The notes under the pieces were generated by a model. It was not told the origin of the DNA. It was given only the letters and a program-made list of their open reading frames with translations, and did no database searches. This document shows positions 25,291 to 38,040 of a DNA stretch of 64,000 nt, piece by piece. The stretch lies in contig NC_058368.1 in the NCBI RefSeq assembly GCF_018350175.1, positions 94,924,001-94,988,000 on the forward strand, read 5' to 3'. This DNA comes from Felis catus (lineage: Eukaryota). Position 1 is the first letter of the stretch; each line of letters begins with the position of its first letter. A program made the position numbers and the translations under genes.

Positions 25291-25549
25291 AATGCAGCAT
25301 TGCACATTTTTCTAAGGGTACCCGTTTATGCATATAATTATTGTAAAACTATGTAACAGACCAAAGTCATAAGAGTGTGTGTATATGTGCTTGGGAAAAA
25401 GGCAGCCATTTGCTATTAGCGTTGAGACTTAGAGGGGTCTTTCGTTTAATCTGGAATTTGAACTAATTTAAAGGAATTTGAACTAATTTAAAGATTGAAG
25501 GGGGGAAAAAAAGGTCTAGGTCAACTTCATTTAATAAAGAATAAAACTC

Positions 25550-25775
25550 GGGGCACCTGGGTGACTCAGTTGGTTAAGCGTCTGACTTCGGCTCAGGTCA
25601 TGATCTCACGGTCCATGAGTTCCAGCCCCACATCGGGTCCTGTGCTGACCGAGTCACAGGCTGGAGCTTGCTTTGGATTCTGTGTCTCAGTCTCTCTGCC
25701 CCTCCCGTGCTCACACTCTGTCTCTCTTTCTCTCCCTCTCTAAAAAATAAATGTTAAAAAAATTTTTTTTTTAAA
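25550..25775 (+). mobile_element. CanSINE
   Basis: TSD-like ataaagaataa(a/g)act on both sides. Confidence 0.9.
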
Positions 25776-25852
25776 TAAAGAATAAGACTGGAAAAATGCA
25801 AATTAGCACAAATGTAGCTCAGATTTGTCATAGATTTAAAATGTACTATTTA

Positions 25853-26064
25853 GGGGCGCCTGGGTGGCTCAGTTGGTTGAGCATCCGACTTCAGCTCAGG
25901 TCATGATCTCACAATTTGTGGGTTCGAACCCGACGTCAGGCTCTGCGCTGACAGCTCAGAGCCTGGAGCCTGCTTCAGATTCTGTGTCTCCCTCTCTTTC
26001 TACCCCTTCCCAACTCACAATCTGTCTGTCTCCCCAAAATAAATAAACGTTAAAAAATTTTTTT
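25853..26064 (+). mobile_element. CanSINE
   Basis: TSD aatgtactattta on both sides. Confidence 0.92.
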
Positions 26065-27436
26065 AATGTACTATTTAACATACCCTCCGTGTTTATTACT
26101 TCTCTTTTATTCAAATACACAATCCTATATATAACCTTATGAAAACTTAGGAAGGATCATCATTCCCTAAAAGCATTCAGTTGAGCCATATTGAATGTGA
26201 ACACATTTTGGTGGTGACTGTTGGTTTCATAATTGTCATGGCCACTATGGGTCAGTTATCAATAAATGTCTTTAATTTCCATGGCAAAACCCCCCCAAAA
26301 ATCTGCCATCAGAAGGGGCTTTCACAGCTGGGCGACTTCACCACTAGATTTAATAATGGAGTTCAGGACGTGAGGCAATGGAGCACCAGCTGGTGTGATG
26401 GAAGGTGGGGCTTCAGGAAAGGTCTGGAACATGGAAAGTGGTAACAGGAAAACCTAGGTGAAGGATCCAGGAGAAAGAAGAATCTGAGCCCTAGAGAGAC
26501 AGAGAGAACATAGGAAGTTGGTGCCAAGTGAGATGGGAGGGCCAGGAAGAGGAGGATGGACCATGACCAGAAAATGTGTCACATCTACCAGCTTGTCTAG
26601 AGAGCAGAAAATCTTTCAGTTTGAAGTTTCTTCTCTAAGTGCTATTCCTTCCTTTGTAGCCATTTTCAAAACCGGATCTTGGCATCCCAGTCCAAATGGG
26701 GTCAGAGAATAAAGGAGGCAAGCTCCAAGGAGAGAACGGTTTTATCTCTACTAGCGGAGTCAGAAGCTCTGAGGAACATCTATCTCTGCAAGGGATTCTG
26801 GGAGATCTGAGGTGTTGAATGGTCATAGGCAAAGTCGGCCAGAGACATAGTTGTGGGGGAGTCATAAAAGCCATGGGAGACTATCAAAGATTGGTTCTCA
26901 GAGCTGAGAGCACATGAATTAAAAAATAAATAAAGAGCAGAGAGAAAATAAATCCCTTCTAAATTTTGAAAAGGTAAATAAATGTATGACATCATTCAGC
27001 CCTGTTAGGGAGGACTTCCTGTATGACATCCCGATTAATTCTCAGGATCTACCCACCAGGGTCTTGATAGTCATAGAATGAGAGTAGGCTGGCTGCTTTG
27101 CAGCCCACACCTGCTTTCTGGTATCCTAAATCGCTTGTATGTTCGAACTATGGAACTATGTCCTTTTTCTGACCAGATGCTTTAGGTTCAGAACACATGG
27201 AATGAACACGTCCTAGGCTGGCGAAGCGGGTCAAGGACCATGGGCCCCGAACGGGAGGCTGCTGACACTTGTCAGGGAGGAAGAGGGTAACTGGTGACTG
27301 TCAGAGGCAGAGCGGAGGTGAGCGGTCCCCTCTTCCTCCCCATAGAGAGCAGGAAGAGCAGTGCTCTCTGGCTTCTTGCTTCTTCCCAGCCTCCTAGGCT
27401 TTCCTTCTCCCCAATATTTGGGACAGGTGCATTTCT

Positions 27437-27608
27437 GGGGCACCTGGGTGGCTCGGTCGGTTAAGCATCGACTCTTGGTTTCTGCTCAGGTCATGATCCC
27501 AGGGGTGTGGGATCCAGCCCTTTGTGGAGCTCTTCACCAAGCATGGAGCCTGCTTAAGATTCTCTCTAACCCCCAATCTCTCGGGGAAAAAAAAGGTAAA
27601 TAAATAAC
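27437..27608 (+). mobile_element. CanSINE (older subtype)
   Basis: ggggcacctgggtggctcggtcggttaagc...gagcctgcttaagattctctct. Confidence 0.88.
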
Positions 27609-28094
27609 AGATATATTTCCTGCCCCAGTTCCCCACAAACCACTGGGCTTTGCCTGGAACCACTGTTTTTAGTCCCTGTCCATTCTGGGCTCATTCAGCT
27701 GTGCTGCCCTTAGCTTTATATCCCATTAGAAACCTGCAGTACTAATGGGAACAAAGCAATTTTTTTTTGTTCTTTTAACTACAGAGAAGCAGAAAGTACC
27801 TATGTGTCCTTCACCAAGGAATATATTTTTAGATGGCTTCCAAATGCATCTTTTCTTTTTTTTTTTTTTCTTCCCAAACTCCTAGGTTTATTCTTGGAAG
27901 CAGCCCCCCGCTGCTGACTTTACTTCTCTTCTTGGCTGTGCCTAAGAGGATTGCTGGGCCAGAGTTCCCTGTTATCTGTTTTATGGTGAGGAAGGACACA
28001 CAGTTCTGCTTTGCAAAAGAACATTGAACTTGTCTGAAATGCCCTTGTTTCAACTCTTAGTCGTTACAGGTAAGGGTTTGTTGACTGAATTTAA

Positions 28095-28327
28095 AGTTTT
28101 ATTTGTATGTATTTATTTATTTTTAAAAGTGTATTTATTTTGAGAGAGAGAGAGCACACGCATGTGTGGGGGGCGGGGGGGGCGGGAGAGAGACAGAGAA
28201 TCCCAAGCAGATTCCATGCTGTCAGCACAGAGCCCGATGCGGGGCTCGAACTCATGATCCGTGAGGTCATGACCTGAGCCAAAATCAAGAGTTGGGCACT
28301 CACACGACTGAGCCACCCAGGCACCCA
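28095..28327 (-). mobile_element. CanSINE
   Basis: SINE motifs. Confidence 0.9.
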
Positions 28328-28399
28328 AGTTGATCAAGTTTGGGCTCTCTATAAGTTTTCTGAATACGGATTTAAGGATCTTCAGCAAATGCACAAAAC

Positions 28400-29110
28400 C
28401 CACAATGTGAGCTCATCACTCCCTGCTTAAACATCTTGGATGGTTCTCACACCAAAGCCCAGATTCTTTAGCCCTTCATGATTTAACTACAGCCACGTTG
28501 TCAAGCTCCCACTTGTTGCATCAAGACCATGCACTCCACACTGTATGCCTTCCACGTTGCATCCTTCTGCCCACACTGGCTACCCGCTTCTGCACTTTCT
28601 CTACCCATACGAGCCCCTCAGTTGAGAGCTCGCCTCTGCCCCATCCTGGGCTTCCAGGCACTGGCATCCCTCCCAAGTGAAGTTGGTGGCTCCCTTCTGT
28701 GCTGCCATGTTTGAGGTTATCCTTTACTGGACACCCAGCAAGGCACTTTCCATCTGTTGGCTCACATCTCCCTTTCTTGAGTGTGAGCTCCCCGAAGGAA
28801 GGCACCAAGTCCTCATTCTTAATTTAATTTTCTTTTTTTTTAAGTTTATTTATTGATTTTGAGAGAGAAAGAGCGTGAGGGAGGGGCAGAGGGAGAGAGA
28901 GAATCCCAGGCAGGCTCCATCCTGCCGGTGTAGAACCTGAGGCAGGGCTCGATGTCACAAACCGTGAGATTATGACTTGAGCTGATAATCAAGAGTCGGA
29001 TGAGTAAACGACTGAGCCACCCAGGTGGTCCCTTACTCTTAATTTTAAATCCTCATTACAAAGTCTGGCCAGCTCAGGTGCCCAGCGCGTATTTGATGAG
29101 TAAAATGAAC
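28400..29110 (+). mobile_element. L2 3' fragment interrupted by a SINE
   Basis: tcactccctgcttaaac...tgtgagctccccgaagg...gtgcccagc. Confidence 0.5.
28820..29032 (-). mobile_element. CanSINE
   Basis: SINE motifs. Confidence 0.9.
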
Positions 29111-29996
29111 AATTCTCCAACTCTTACCCTTAGATAACAGAAAATTAGTGCTTTTTAAATGGACATACATCCCTGTGGCAGCCGGATGTTTGGGGAGGGA
29201 CTCACCTATTGTCCTCCCCTTGCCTAGCTCTCTTCTGGCCAAAGAGGCCATAATTCTAGGGTGGTGGCTAATGCCTCTCCCGGTGATCTGTTTCCTTTTA
29301 CTAGCTAAAGGGAACTATATGCCATTGTGTATTCTTTCTTCTTTCCCTCTTGGATGATGGGAAGTGGGCGCTAAGCCATTGCTTTCCGGTATAATTACTC
29401 TATAATTGTTCTATCCCTTCCCCTGCTGCCTCTTGTCCTTCTTGGCTCTTGTCCTCTGACCTTAGTTTTAGAGCTTGTACGGTTCTTTCAGAGCTGAGCT
29501 TTTCATTGAAAAGTCACATCCCTTTGGAAGCAGGTGGAGTATAAATAATGAATAAGAGAGGAACATATGATACGATGCTCTTCTGATGCTTCATAATGGC
29601 CTTGCCTGCTAACGCGGGAGGTTTGTCCCCCTGTTTGGGGGTGTGTGCCCCCCAAAGTGCACACTCTGGATCCTTGGTCACCCTTGGTCACACAGGAAAA
29701 GAGGTCTCTGTCACTGTTTATATCGTGGCTAGCTGGACCTGAGGAGAGAGTCCCTTGGCAATATTACTCTGCAGAGCATCTCTCATAAATTTCAGAGGAA
29801 GGGTTGTGAATTCATCTTTCCTGTGAACTGTCCACCTTGACTTGCCTGTCAGGTGCTTTGTAGGAGATTCTGAAAAGGTGGGGAGATTTGAAACTGTTAT
29901 GGGCAGAATGATCACTTTTTATAGCATCTCTGGACACACACACACACACACACACAGTTTATATACAGCTTCAAGGGGGTCAGGAACTCCAGTTTA

Positions 29997-30778
29997 TTTT
30001 ATTATTTTATTTTATTTTATTTTATTTTATTTATATGAAATTCATCCATCGTCAAATTGGTTTCCATACAACACCCAGTGCTCATCCCAACAGGTACCCT
30101 CCTCAATGCCCATCACCCACTTTCCCCTCCCTCCCACCCCCATCAACCTTCAGTTTGTTCTCAGTATTTAAGAGTCTCTTATGGTTTGCCTCCTCCCGTC
30201 TGTAACTTTTTCCCCCCGCTTTCCCCCTAGTTTTCTGTTGAGTTTCTCAGGATCCACATAAGAGTGAAAACATATGACATCTGTCTTTCTCTGCCTGACT
30301 TATTTCACTTAGCATAACACTCTCCAGTTCCATCCACGTTGCTACAAATGGCCAGATTTCATTCTTTCTCATTGCCAAGTAGTATTCCATTGTATATATA
30401 AACCACATCTTCTTGATACATTCGTCAGTTGATGGACATTTAGGGTCTTTCCATAATTTGACTATTGCTGAAAGTGCTGCTATAAACATTGGGGTACAAG
30501 TGCCCTTAAGCATCAGCACTCCTGTATCCCTTGGGTAAATTCCCAGCAGTGCTATTGCTGGGTCATAGGGGAGATCTATTTTTAGTTTTCTGAGGAACCT
30601 CCACACTGTTTTCCAGAGCGGCTGCACCAATTTGCATTCCCACCAACAGTGCAAGAGGGTTCCCATTTCTCCACATCCTCGCCAGCATCTATAGTCTCCT
30701 GATTTGTTCATTGTAGCCACTCTGACTGGCCTGAGGTGGTATCTCAGTGTGGTTTGGATTTGTATTTCCCTCATGAAA
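29997..30778 (-). mobile_element. 5'-truncated L1 (felid type) with ORF2 C-terminus, 3' UTR and A-rich tail
   Basis: ORF 30247-30774 ([27 protein letters not shown]...) is the L1 ORF2p Cys-rich C-terminus. 13-bp TSD gaactccagttta at 29984-29996 and 30779-30791. Confidence 0.95.
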
Positions 30779-30804
30779 GAACTCCAGTTTAAAAACCCAT
30801 TCTC

Positions 30805-30951
30805 AGGACTCCTAATTTTGGCTCAGGTCATGATCTCACAGTTCATGACTTCAAGCCCTATATCAGGCTCCACACTGATGGTGCAGAGCCTGCACGGGAT
30901 TCTCTCTCTGCCCCTTCCCCTCTCGTTCTGTCTCTTTCTCTCTCAAGAAAC

Positions 30952-31007
<56 letters not shown>

Positions 31008-31270
31008 TATATATACACACACACATACACATATATATACACATATACATATACACATATATATACATATATATACACATACATATACTTTGTTTCATAT
31101 ATATATGTATATATATATATGAATATATGTATATATAATTTGATTTTGGCTCAGGTCACGATCTCACTGTCTGTGAGATCGAGCCCTGAATTGGGCTCTG
31201 TGCGGAGCATGGAGACTGCTTCAGAGTCTCTCTCTCTCTGCCCCTCACCGCCTCTCAAAACAGTAAAAAT
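30805..31270 (+). mobile_element. Two 5'-truncated CanSINEs separated by a (TA)n/(TACA)n microsatellite (about 30956-31137)
   Basis: Both begin at ttttggctcaggtca; one TSD pair taaaaacccattctc at 30790-30804 and 31270-31284. Confidence 0.85.
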
Positions 31271-31329
31271 AAAAACCCATTCTCTATAGGATGGCATAAA
31301 CAGGATGTTCCAGGTTAGGGATGACTACA

Positions 31330-31545
31330 TATTAATCAGGGCTACCTCATATGTGGGTGAATAAATATGTGAAAAATGCCAGGTTAATGTGAAAAACAGC
31401 AATGCAGTGGGTTTTCTGTTCCTGCTTTAAACTGTCATAACTAAAAAAAGCATAGTACTGACACAAATACATAATGCTGATCCATGGAAGAGAATAAAGA
31501 GAGGGATCCAAGTCAATTCGGAAAGAGCGTTTGATAAAGGTGATG
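31330..31545 (+). mobile_element. Old, degraded L1 ORF2-region fragment
   Basis: A-rich sequence with gcatagtactgacac...ccatggaagagaataaagag...tttgataaaggtg. Confidence 0.4.
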
Positions 31546-31597
31546 GTGTCACTCAGGGTCGCATCACAGGAGGGGAACCACCGTCAAGGACACGGAA

Positions 31598-31806
31598 CAG
31601 CAGTTCTCAGTAGAGGTGACCTGGCCCCAAGGGACGTTTCACAACCTGTGGACACATGTTTTACAAACACAACTAAGGGGCAGGTCCACTAGTATGTAAT
31701 CGGTTGAGGTCCCAATGCTGCTAAACTTCCTACAATGCACAGGACAACCTCCCATAACAGAATTACCCAACCCCGATGTTAACAGCAATGAGACTGAGAA
31801 ACCCTG
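31598..31806 (+). mobile_element. hAT-Charlie MER20
   Basis: cagttctca...atgctgctaaacttcctacaatgcacaggacaacc...tgagaaaccctg. Confidence 0.8.
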
Positions 31807-32179
31807 ATACAAAGGATTGATTATAGAACCTCAAGCAACAATGGGAGCTAGGCCCTGAGTCACCAGAGGGCAGCCAGGAAGAAAAACGGATGTGGAGCTG
31901 GTGAGAAAAAGGACAAACTTGGGTAAACCAGGGAGGATAAGCTGGAATCCACGAGAAACAACTGGAACCTGTGAGTGTGTCTCGCCACCTTGATGCCGCA
32001 GGTGACCTGCTGGAGAAGCTGGTGCTCGGTGCCAACGACCTACGTGTGCAGCCGGCCCAGGACTCAGAGAGGCCGCAGAAGCCCCAGTGCTGGTTGACGC
32101 CCCAAGCCAACCACACGCGAGAACACCTTGCCCTCTACGATGACCTTCAAAGCCCAAGAGCCGCCGTGTTACCTCCACC

Positions 32180-32290
32180 TTGTAATTTTTTCCTCATAGT
32201 CATCCCTAACCCAGAACCGTACAGGAAAGGGAATTTGGGGAAGTTGAGTTCTAGCTTAGCTGAGTTGACAGAGTTCAAAGTCATCACGGT
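32180..32290 (-). mobile_element. Old ERVL-type LTR end (LTR33-like)
   Basis: aaagggaatttggggaagttgagttctagcttagctgagttgaca...catcac. Confidence 0.4.
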
Positions 32291-32569
32291 GATACCGTAA
32301 CAGTGGAGAGGGCTGCCTCGCTTAATACATAGGGTTATAACAAGTTGCACCTATTTGAAAGACAAGAAGCTTCAAGCCTTGCCTAGTGCATGTATAAAAT
32401 TAAGTTAAGAAAATGGAGAAAATCCATGGAAAAAAGGGAAAACATCCTCTTTTTGGTTTTCTAAGCAAATGAAGAGTTGCTTAGCTTTACTCACATTCAT
32501 GAACACGGACACCAAAAACAGACTTTTTGCCTACAAGATTAACGAAACTTAAAATGATGGAGGCCATCA

Positions 32570-32775
32570 GGGTGCCTGGGTTAAGACGGTTAAGCGTCCC
32601 ACTCTTGATTTTGGCTCAGGTTATGATCTCACAGTTCGTGGAATTGATCCCCGAGTTGGACCCTGAGCTGACAGCACAGAGCCTACTTGGGATTCTCTCA
32701 CTGCCTCTCTCTCTGCCCCTCCCCTGCTCACGCTCACTCTCTCTCAAAATAAATAAATAAACTTGCAAAAAAAAG
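32570..32775 (+). mobile_element. CanSINE
   Basis: SINE motifs. Confidence 0.9.
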
Positions 32776-32835
32776 ATGGAGTGCTTCCAAGGGTGGTTAG
32801 GGTAGGGGGAGAAGGGTAATCACATTCGTCGTCGG

Positions 32836-33152
32836 TTATTGTGGACGAAATGTGCTCCTCCCCAAATTCTTATGTTACAACCTTACCGCTCTGTGAGATG
32901 GTGTTAGGAGGTGGAACTTTTGGGGAGCACTTCGGGTTAGATGGGTCATGAGGGTGGAGCCTTCACCAGTGCAGTTAATGCCTTTATGAGAGCCCCAAGA
33001 GAGCTTGTATCCTTTCTCTGCTTTCCGCCATGTGAGATTTCAACAAGAAGTCTCCTGTCACCCTGATCTTAGACTTCTGGTCTATAGAACTGTTGTTTAT
33101 GAACCACCCAGTTTATGGTATTTTGGTACAGTGGTCTAAGCTGACTAAGGCA
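32836..33152 (+). mobile_element. MaLR LTR (MLT1A-like)
   Basis: ccccaaattcttatgtt...ttaggaggtgg...catgagggtggagcc...ccacccagtttatggtatttt...gactaaggca. Confidence 0.8.
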
Positions 33153-33165
33153 TTGCTGTCACTAT

Positions 33166-33335
33166 GGGGACACCGGGGTGGCTTAGTTGGTCAAGTATCT
33201 GATTTTGTCTCAGGTCGTGCATGACCTCACGGTTCGTGAGTTCGAGTCCCGAGTTGGGCTCTGTGGTGACAGCTCAGAGCCTGGAGCCTGCTTCGGATTC
33301 TGTGTCTCCCTCTCTCTGCCCCTCCCCCACTCATG

Positions 33336-33375
<40 letters not shown>

Positions 33376-33408
33376 AATAAACATTAAAAATTTTATATAT
33401 TAAAAAAA
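33166..33408 (+). mobile_element. CanSINE
   Basis: TSD-like cattg.t.tcactatg on both sides. Confidence 0.9.
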
Positions 33409-33544
33409 GACATTGGTATCACTATGAATCAAAGGAGCATTTTTGACTGATTTTCAGACACATGGGCATCAAAATACATGTACCTTTTTGTCATACTGAT
33501 CCAACTTCTTGGAACGGAATGAATAACAATAAGGTCAGGTTTCT

Positions 33545-33890
33545 CTTTTTCTTTTTTAAAATTTTATTTGTTTTCAAATTAGCTAACTTACAGGGTAGTC
33601 TTGGCTTCAGTAGATTCCAGTGATCCATCACCTACATATGATACCCAGTGCTCATCCCAACAAGTGCCCTCCTCAATGCCCATCACGCATGTTCCCCTCT
33701 CCCCCCCCATCCACCTTTAATTTGTTCTCTGTATTTAAGAGTCTCTTATGGTGCCTCCCTCTTTGTTTTTATCTTCTTTTTCCTACCCTTCCCCTATGAT
33801 CATCTGCTGAGTTTCTCAAATTTCACATATGAGTGAAATCATATGATATCTGTCTTTCTCTCACTGACTTATTTCACTGAGCATAATAAT
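33545..33890 (-). mobile_element. L1 3' UTR fragment
   Basis: acccagtgctcatcccaacaagtgccctcctcaatgcccatc...taagagtctcttatgg...atatgagtgaaatcatatg. Confidence 0.85.
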
Positions 33891-35315
33891 GTCAGTTTTT
33901 AAAGCTATAGATTCAAGTTTATGAATCACATCCTTGCTAACACGGAGACAACAAAATACATCATGCTATGTATTTGGGATATTTGTACCATTATGGAGAC
34001 CAATACCACTCTTCATTGGGTGTCTGGTTAGTACAAATAATGTGGTTAGCAATATATGGTTAATGGAAATTAGAGAGGTTCCATATTGGAAAAAATCCTG
34101 CAAAAGAAAATGGGTGCGGGGGCAAATGTTTAATAGTGAACAGTGGTTGCAGTGTGTGTGTGTGTGTGTGTACAAGAGGATCAAGCCACCCAGGGAAAAA
34201 CAATAGTATGTGTAGATACTGATTGTGTAATGTGTACTTCCTCCAGAGACCTTACTATTTCAAGAAATGTGTCTATCCTAGATGTAAAGACTTGGGGTAC
34301 CTATACATTCTTACGGGAGCCATTTTCTATGGGATCTTTATTTATGTATGCTGGGGGTTTTTTCTCATGGAACCATCCCTCGATGCTACCCTATGTCCAA
34401 ACACAAGCACCATCCTCCCTCTTACAACTAATTCCTGCTCATCTTTCAGGCTTCGGGGCTACCTCCTTCAAGGTCTTCTCAGAGCCCCCTCCAGTCTCAC
34501 AGTCTGGGGAGGGCGTCCCTCCTCTGGCTTCTCAATGGGCCACACGTGTCTAGTCTTAGCACTTGCCCTACCTACCTCCACACTGATCTCTTGATTTGCT
34601 CACAACATGCAACCTGATGTGCAATCCATGTGTGCTGGCTAAATTAATTTCAGATTTCCTGATAGATACTTTGGGAAAATATGTTGTGTGTATGCGTGTG
34701 TGTGGCCTTGAGAATAACGCCACAATTCCTATGAGCCTAACATTAAAACAACCAGGGTGAGGAAAGTCTATATTATGACAGCTCTGTTCCTACCCACTGC
34801 CTTCAAGCGCCCCGCTCCTCACCCTGTCTGATGACAATGCATGCATTGAGATTTTTCCTCCTCACCTGGCTGGTGTTCTGATATTCTGGGGAAGATATAT
34901 TTTAATTTTAACATTAAAGAGTAAAAATATATTGGGCACCACTTGACTCCCATCAGCCACGTGGAATGTCATGTTTGTGTCAACACGTTCAGGGCCCAGA
35001 GACTGCTTACAGAGCTGTCACGCGGCCTAACGCTCTCTCACGTGGCGTGGAGATGTCAGAGCCAGCTCAGTGAATTTGTATTTATAGCCGGAATGGACCT
35101 TCCGAAAAGCTGAGAAAACTCCCGCACTGCCTACGTGTGTGTGAATCCTCAGGGCCATGTGAACACCACAGGAAAGGGCCTCTGTCCTTTGCTCCCCCTG
35201 TGACCCTCTACGTGGCCAGGCAAGATGGCGAAATGGCCGCCGTTTCTTGAGAGCCAGTGTGTACCAGCACTTTTCTTCAGTGATCTAATTTAATGATCTC
35301 CAAAAAAAAACTTAT

Positions 35316-35515
35316 CTTTTTTTTGGGATGTTTATTTATTTTGAGAGCGAGCAAGCAGGGGAGGGGAGGGAGAGAGGGAGAGAGAGAATCCCGAGCAGGC
35401 TCCGCACTGCCGGCACAGAGTCCAATGTGGGGCTCAAACCCACAAACCATGAGATCATGACCTGAGCCAAAACCAAGAGTTGGATGCTTAACTGACTGAG
35501 CCACCCAGGCGCTCC
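35316..35515 (-). mobile_element. CanSINE
   Basis: TSD-like cttatcttttttt on both sides. Confidence 0.9.
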
Positions 35516-35884
35516 AAAGCTTATCTTTTTTTAAAATGAGGAATTGGGAGCTCAGGAAGATTAAGAAAGAAAGATTTGGGTTTTCTCCCCAACCTCCCAG
35601 CTGAAAAGTGGTAATTCTTGAACCTCCAAATCAGACTGTGCTCCCTCCTTCTATCCTTAGATGGCACTTGAGAAATTATCCAGAGGACAGGGCAATGCCT
35701 CATCTGCATGGAGTCTCATTGGAACACAGGGTGGCTTCCTGGCCTCCCCTGGTGTCAGCCACCCCAGCTATAGACTCCAACCCCTGAGCTCCAATCCTAA
35801 ATCCGAAGGCTGAGCTTCAGAAAGGCTGGTCAATCTCTGCCAAGTATTTATTTATTGATTGATTATTTAAAACAATTTTTAATG

Positions 35885-36117
35885 TTTATTTATTTATTTA
35901 AAAAAAATTTTTTTAACGTTTATTTATTTTTGAGACAGAGAGAGACAGAGCATGAATGGGGGAGGGTCAGAGAGAGGGAGACACAGAATCTGAAACAGGC
36001 TCCAGGCTCTGAGCTGTCAGCACAGAGCCCGACACGGGGCTCGAACTCACGGACCGCGAGATCATGACCTGAGCCAAAGTCGGATGCTTTAACGGACTGA
36101 GCCACCTAGGCGCCCCT
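35885..36117 (-). mobile_element. CanSINE
   Basis: SINE motifs. Confidence 0.9.
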
Positions 36118-37189
36118 TTGTCAAATATTTAAATAGGGAATTTATGTGCTTTGAAAGTTACCTTTCTGGAGTGGCTGCTTTAGACTCATGTGTAGATGGT
36201 CAGAGAGCAGCAGTCTCTGGGACTAGGCCAAGACAGGGCACTAGAGGCCAAGGGGCTCCAGAGAGAAACGGAGAGCACCCTGTTTCTTGACTTTCTAAGT
36301 TTTGGGTTCTAAACCCTCATGAGGCCCAAAGAACTCTTACAGTCAGCATTTGAGATAACCCCATATCCTGATAATGAACTCTGATTTTACTCAATTGAAT
36401 CCTGACTATGTGTCATGTTATTTTGGTCCCCAAGTTGTACCCTATATCCAGAAGGTTTGGTGCCCCCTGGTTCACCACTGCTGGGTGCAAACTGCCATTA
36501 ATCACCATGGCTTCCAGAAGATTGCCAAGGGTGATTTAGCTGAATGATGCAGCCTATAGTCCCACTTGTGGTAGACTCAGTACAGAGGCTCCTACAATGG
36601 CCTCTACTTCCTGTCTCACTTCCTCATGTGCTAGTATGTGCCTTTCCCCTCAGACTACACTCATCCCGGCCCTTAGGGGATATGGATGTTTTACTGTCGC
36701 CATATTCAGGGTAGCTTTTGGCTCTGAAGCCTGAGCCTGGGCTTTCAAGGATGCATCCTGGTGACTATCCAACTGTTAAGGCATGAGTGCCAACTACGGA
36801 GGACATCTTTCTCTTTAAGATTCTGGGGAAAGTCTTTGATCTAGGTTGGGTCACCTGTCCACCTCTTGTTTAGGGGAGAAGAAGCAACCTTCATTTATGG
36901 CCCCCAACAAGATGATGACGAAGGGGACACCACTCTTCAAAAGGGAAATAGGGTGCTGTTATTAAAAAAAAAAAAAAAGCAAGGAAACATGGCCTCCACA
37001 TGTCCACTGGTACCTGAGACTTTGATGTGTACCTTTGGCTCGTGCTCACCTGTTTCCTTATTATACCGAAGCAAGTGGGAAGGGTTGCTTTCTTCTTTCC
37101 CCACCTATGCTGCAGCTGCTTTTAAAGGTGGATTTCCCACCTTCAAATGAGATTCCCTGTATTCATAGAACTCCAACTCAACCTGCATT

Positions 37190-37412
37190 TTTTTTTTTTA
37201 ATTTTTTTTCAACGTTTATTTATTTTTGGGACAGAGAGAGACAGAGCATGAACGGGGAAGGGGCAGAGAGAGAGGGAGACACAGAATCGGAAACAGGCTC
37301 CAGGCTCTGAGCCATCAGCCCAGAGCCTGACGCGGGGCTCGAACTCACGGCCCGCGAGATCGTGACCTGGCTGAAGTCGGACGCTTAACCGACTGCGCCA
37401 CCCAGGTGCCCC
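37190..37412 (-). mobile_element. Young felid CanSINE
   Basis: CpGs retained; TSD tcaacctgcattt on both sides. Confidence 0.95.
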
Positions 37413-37555
37413 ATCAACCTGCATTTAAAAAACAAATGTGTAGGCTGGCATTGTAGGGTCCCTTCAGGACCTACCATGTCCTTTGGCACGAGCTGGATCC
37501 CATGATGCCCTGAGGGTACCTATTGTATGTGTCAAGCTTCTTTTGTTGCTTTGGC

Positions 37556-37595
<40 letters not shown>

Positions 37596-37630
37596 TTTTA
37601 AGAAATATCTTGCCTGGATTTAAAAAACAA

Positions 37631-38040
37631 ATTTTTTTTTAATGTTTATTTATTTTTGAGACAGAGGGAGACAGAACACAATGGGCAGAGAGAGAGGGAG
37701 ACACAGAATCTGAAACAGGCTCCAGGCTCTGAGTGGCCAGCACAGAGCCTGACGCGGGGCTGGAACTCACCCACCGTGAGATCATGACCTGAGCCGAAGC
37801 CGGACACTTAACCGACTGAGCCACCCAGGCGCCCCTAGATTTTTTTTTAAGTCTATTTATTTATTTTTGAGTGAGAGAGAGTGGAGGAGGGGCAGAGAGA
37901 CAGGGACGGAGACAATCCCAAGCAGGCTCCACAGTCAGTGTGGAGCCTGCCGTGGGGCTCAAACCCACGAACTGTGAGATCATGACCTGAGCCGAAATCA
38001 AGAGGCAGATGCTTAACTGCCTGAGCTGCCCAGGTGTCCC
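37631..38040 (-). mobile_element. Two tandem CanSINEs (37631-37835, 37840-38040)
   Basis: SINE motifs. Confidence 0.9.

Noticed and set aside
30247..30774. 175-aa ORF as a host gene
   Set aside because: It is the ORF2p C-terminus of a 5'-truncated L1 with no promoter, EN or RT domain.
30704..31138. Ile/Tyr-rich ORFs
   Set aside because: Translations of (TA)n.
35700..37140. Possible MaLR/ERVL internal fragments
   Set aside because: Resemblance too vague to name without RepeatMasker.
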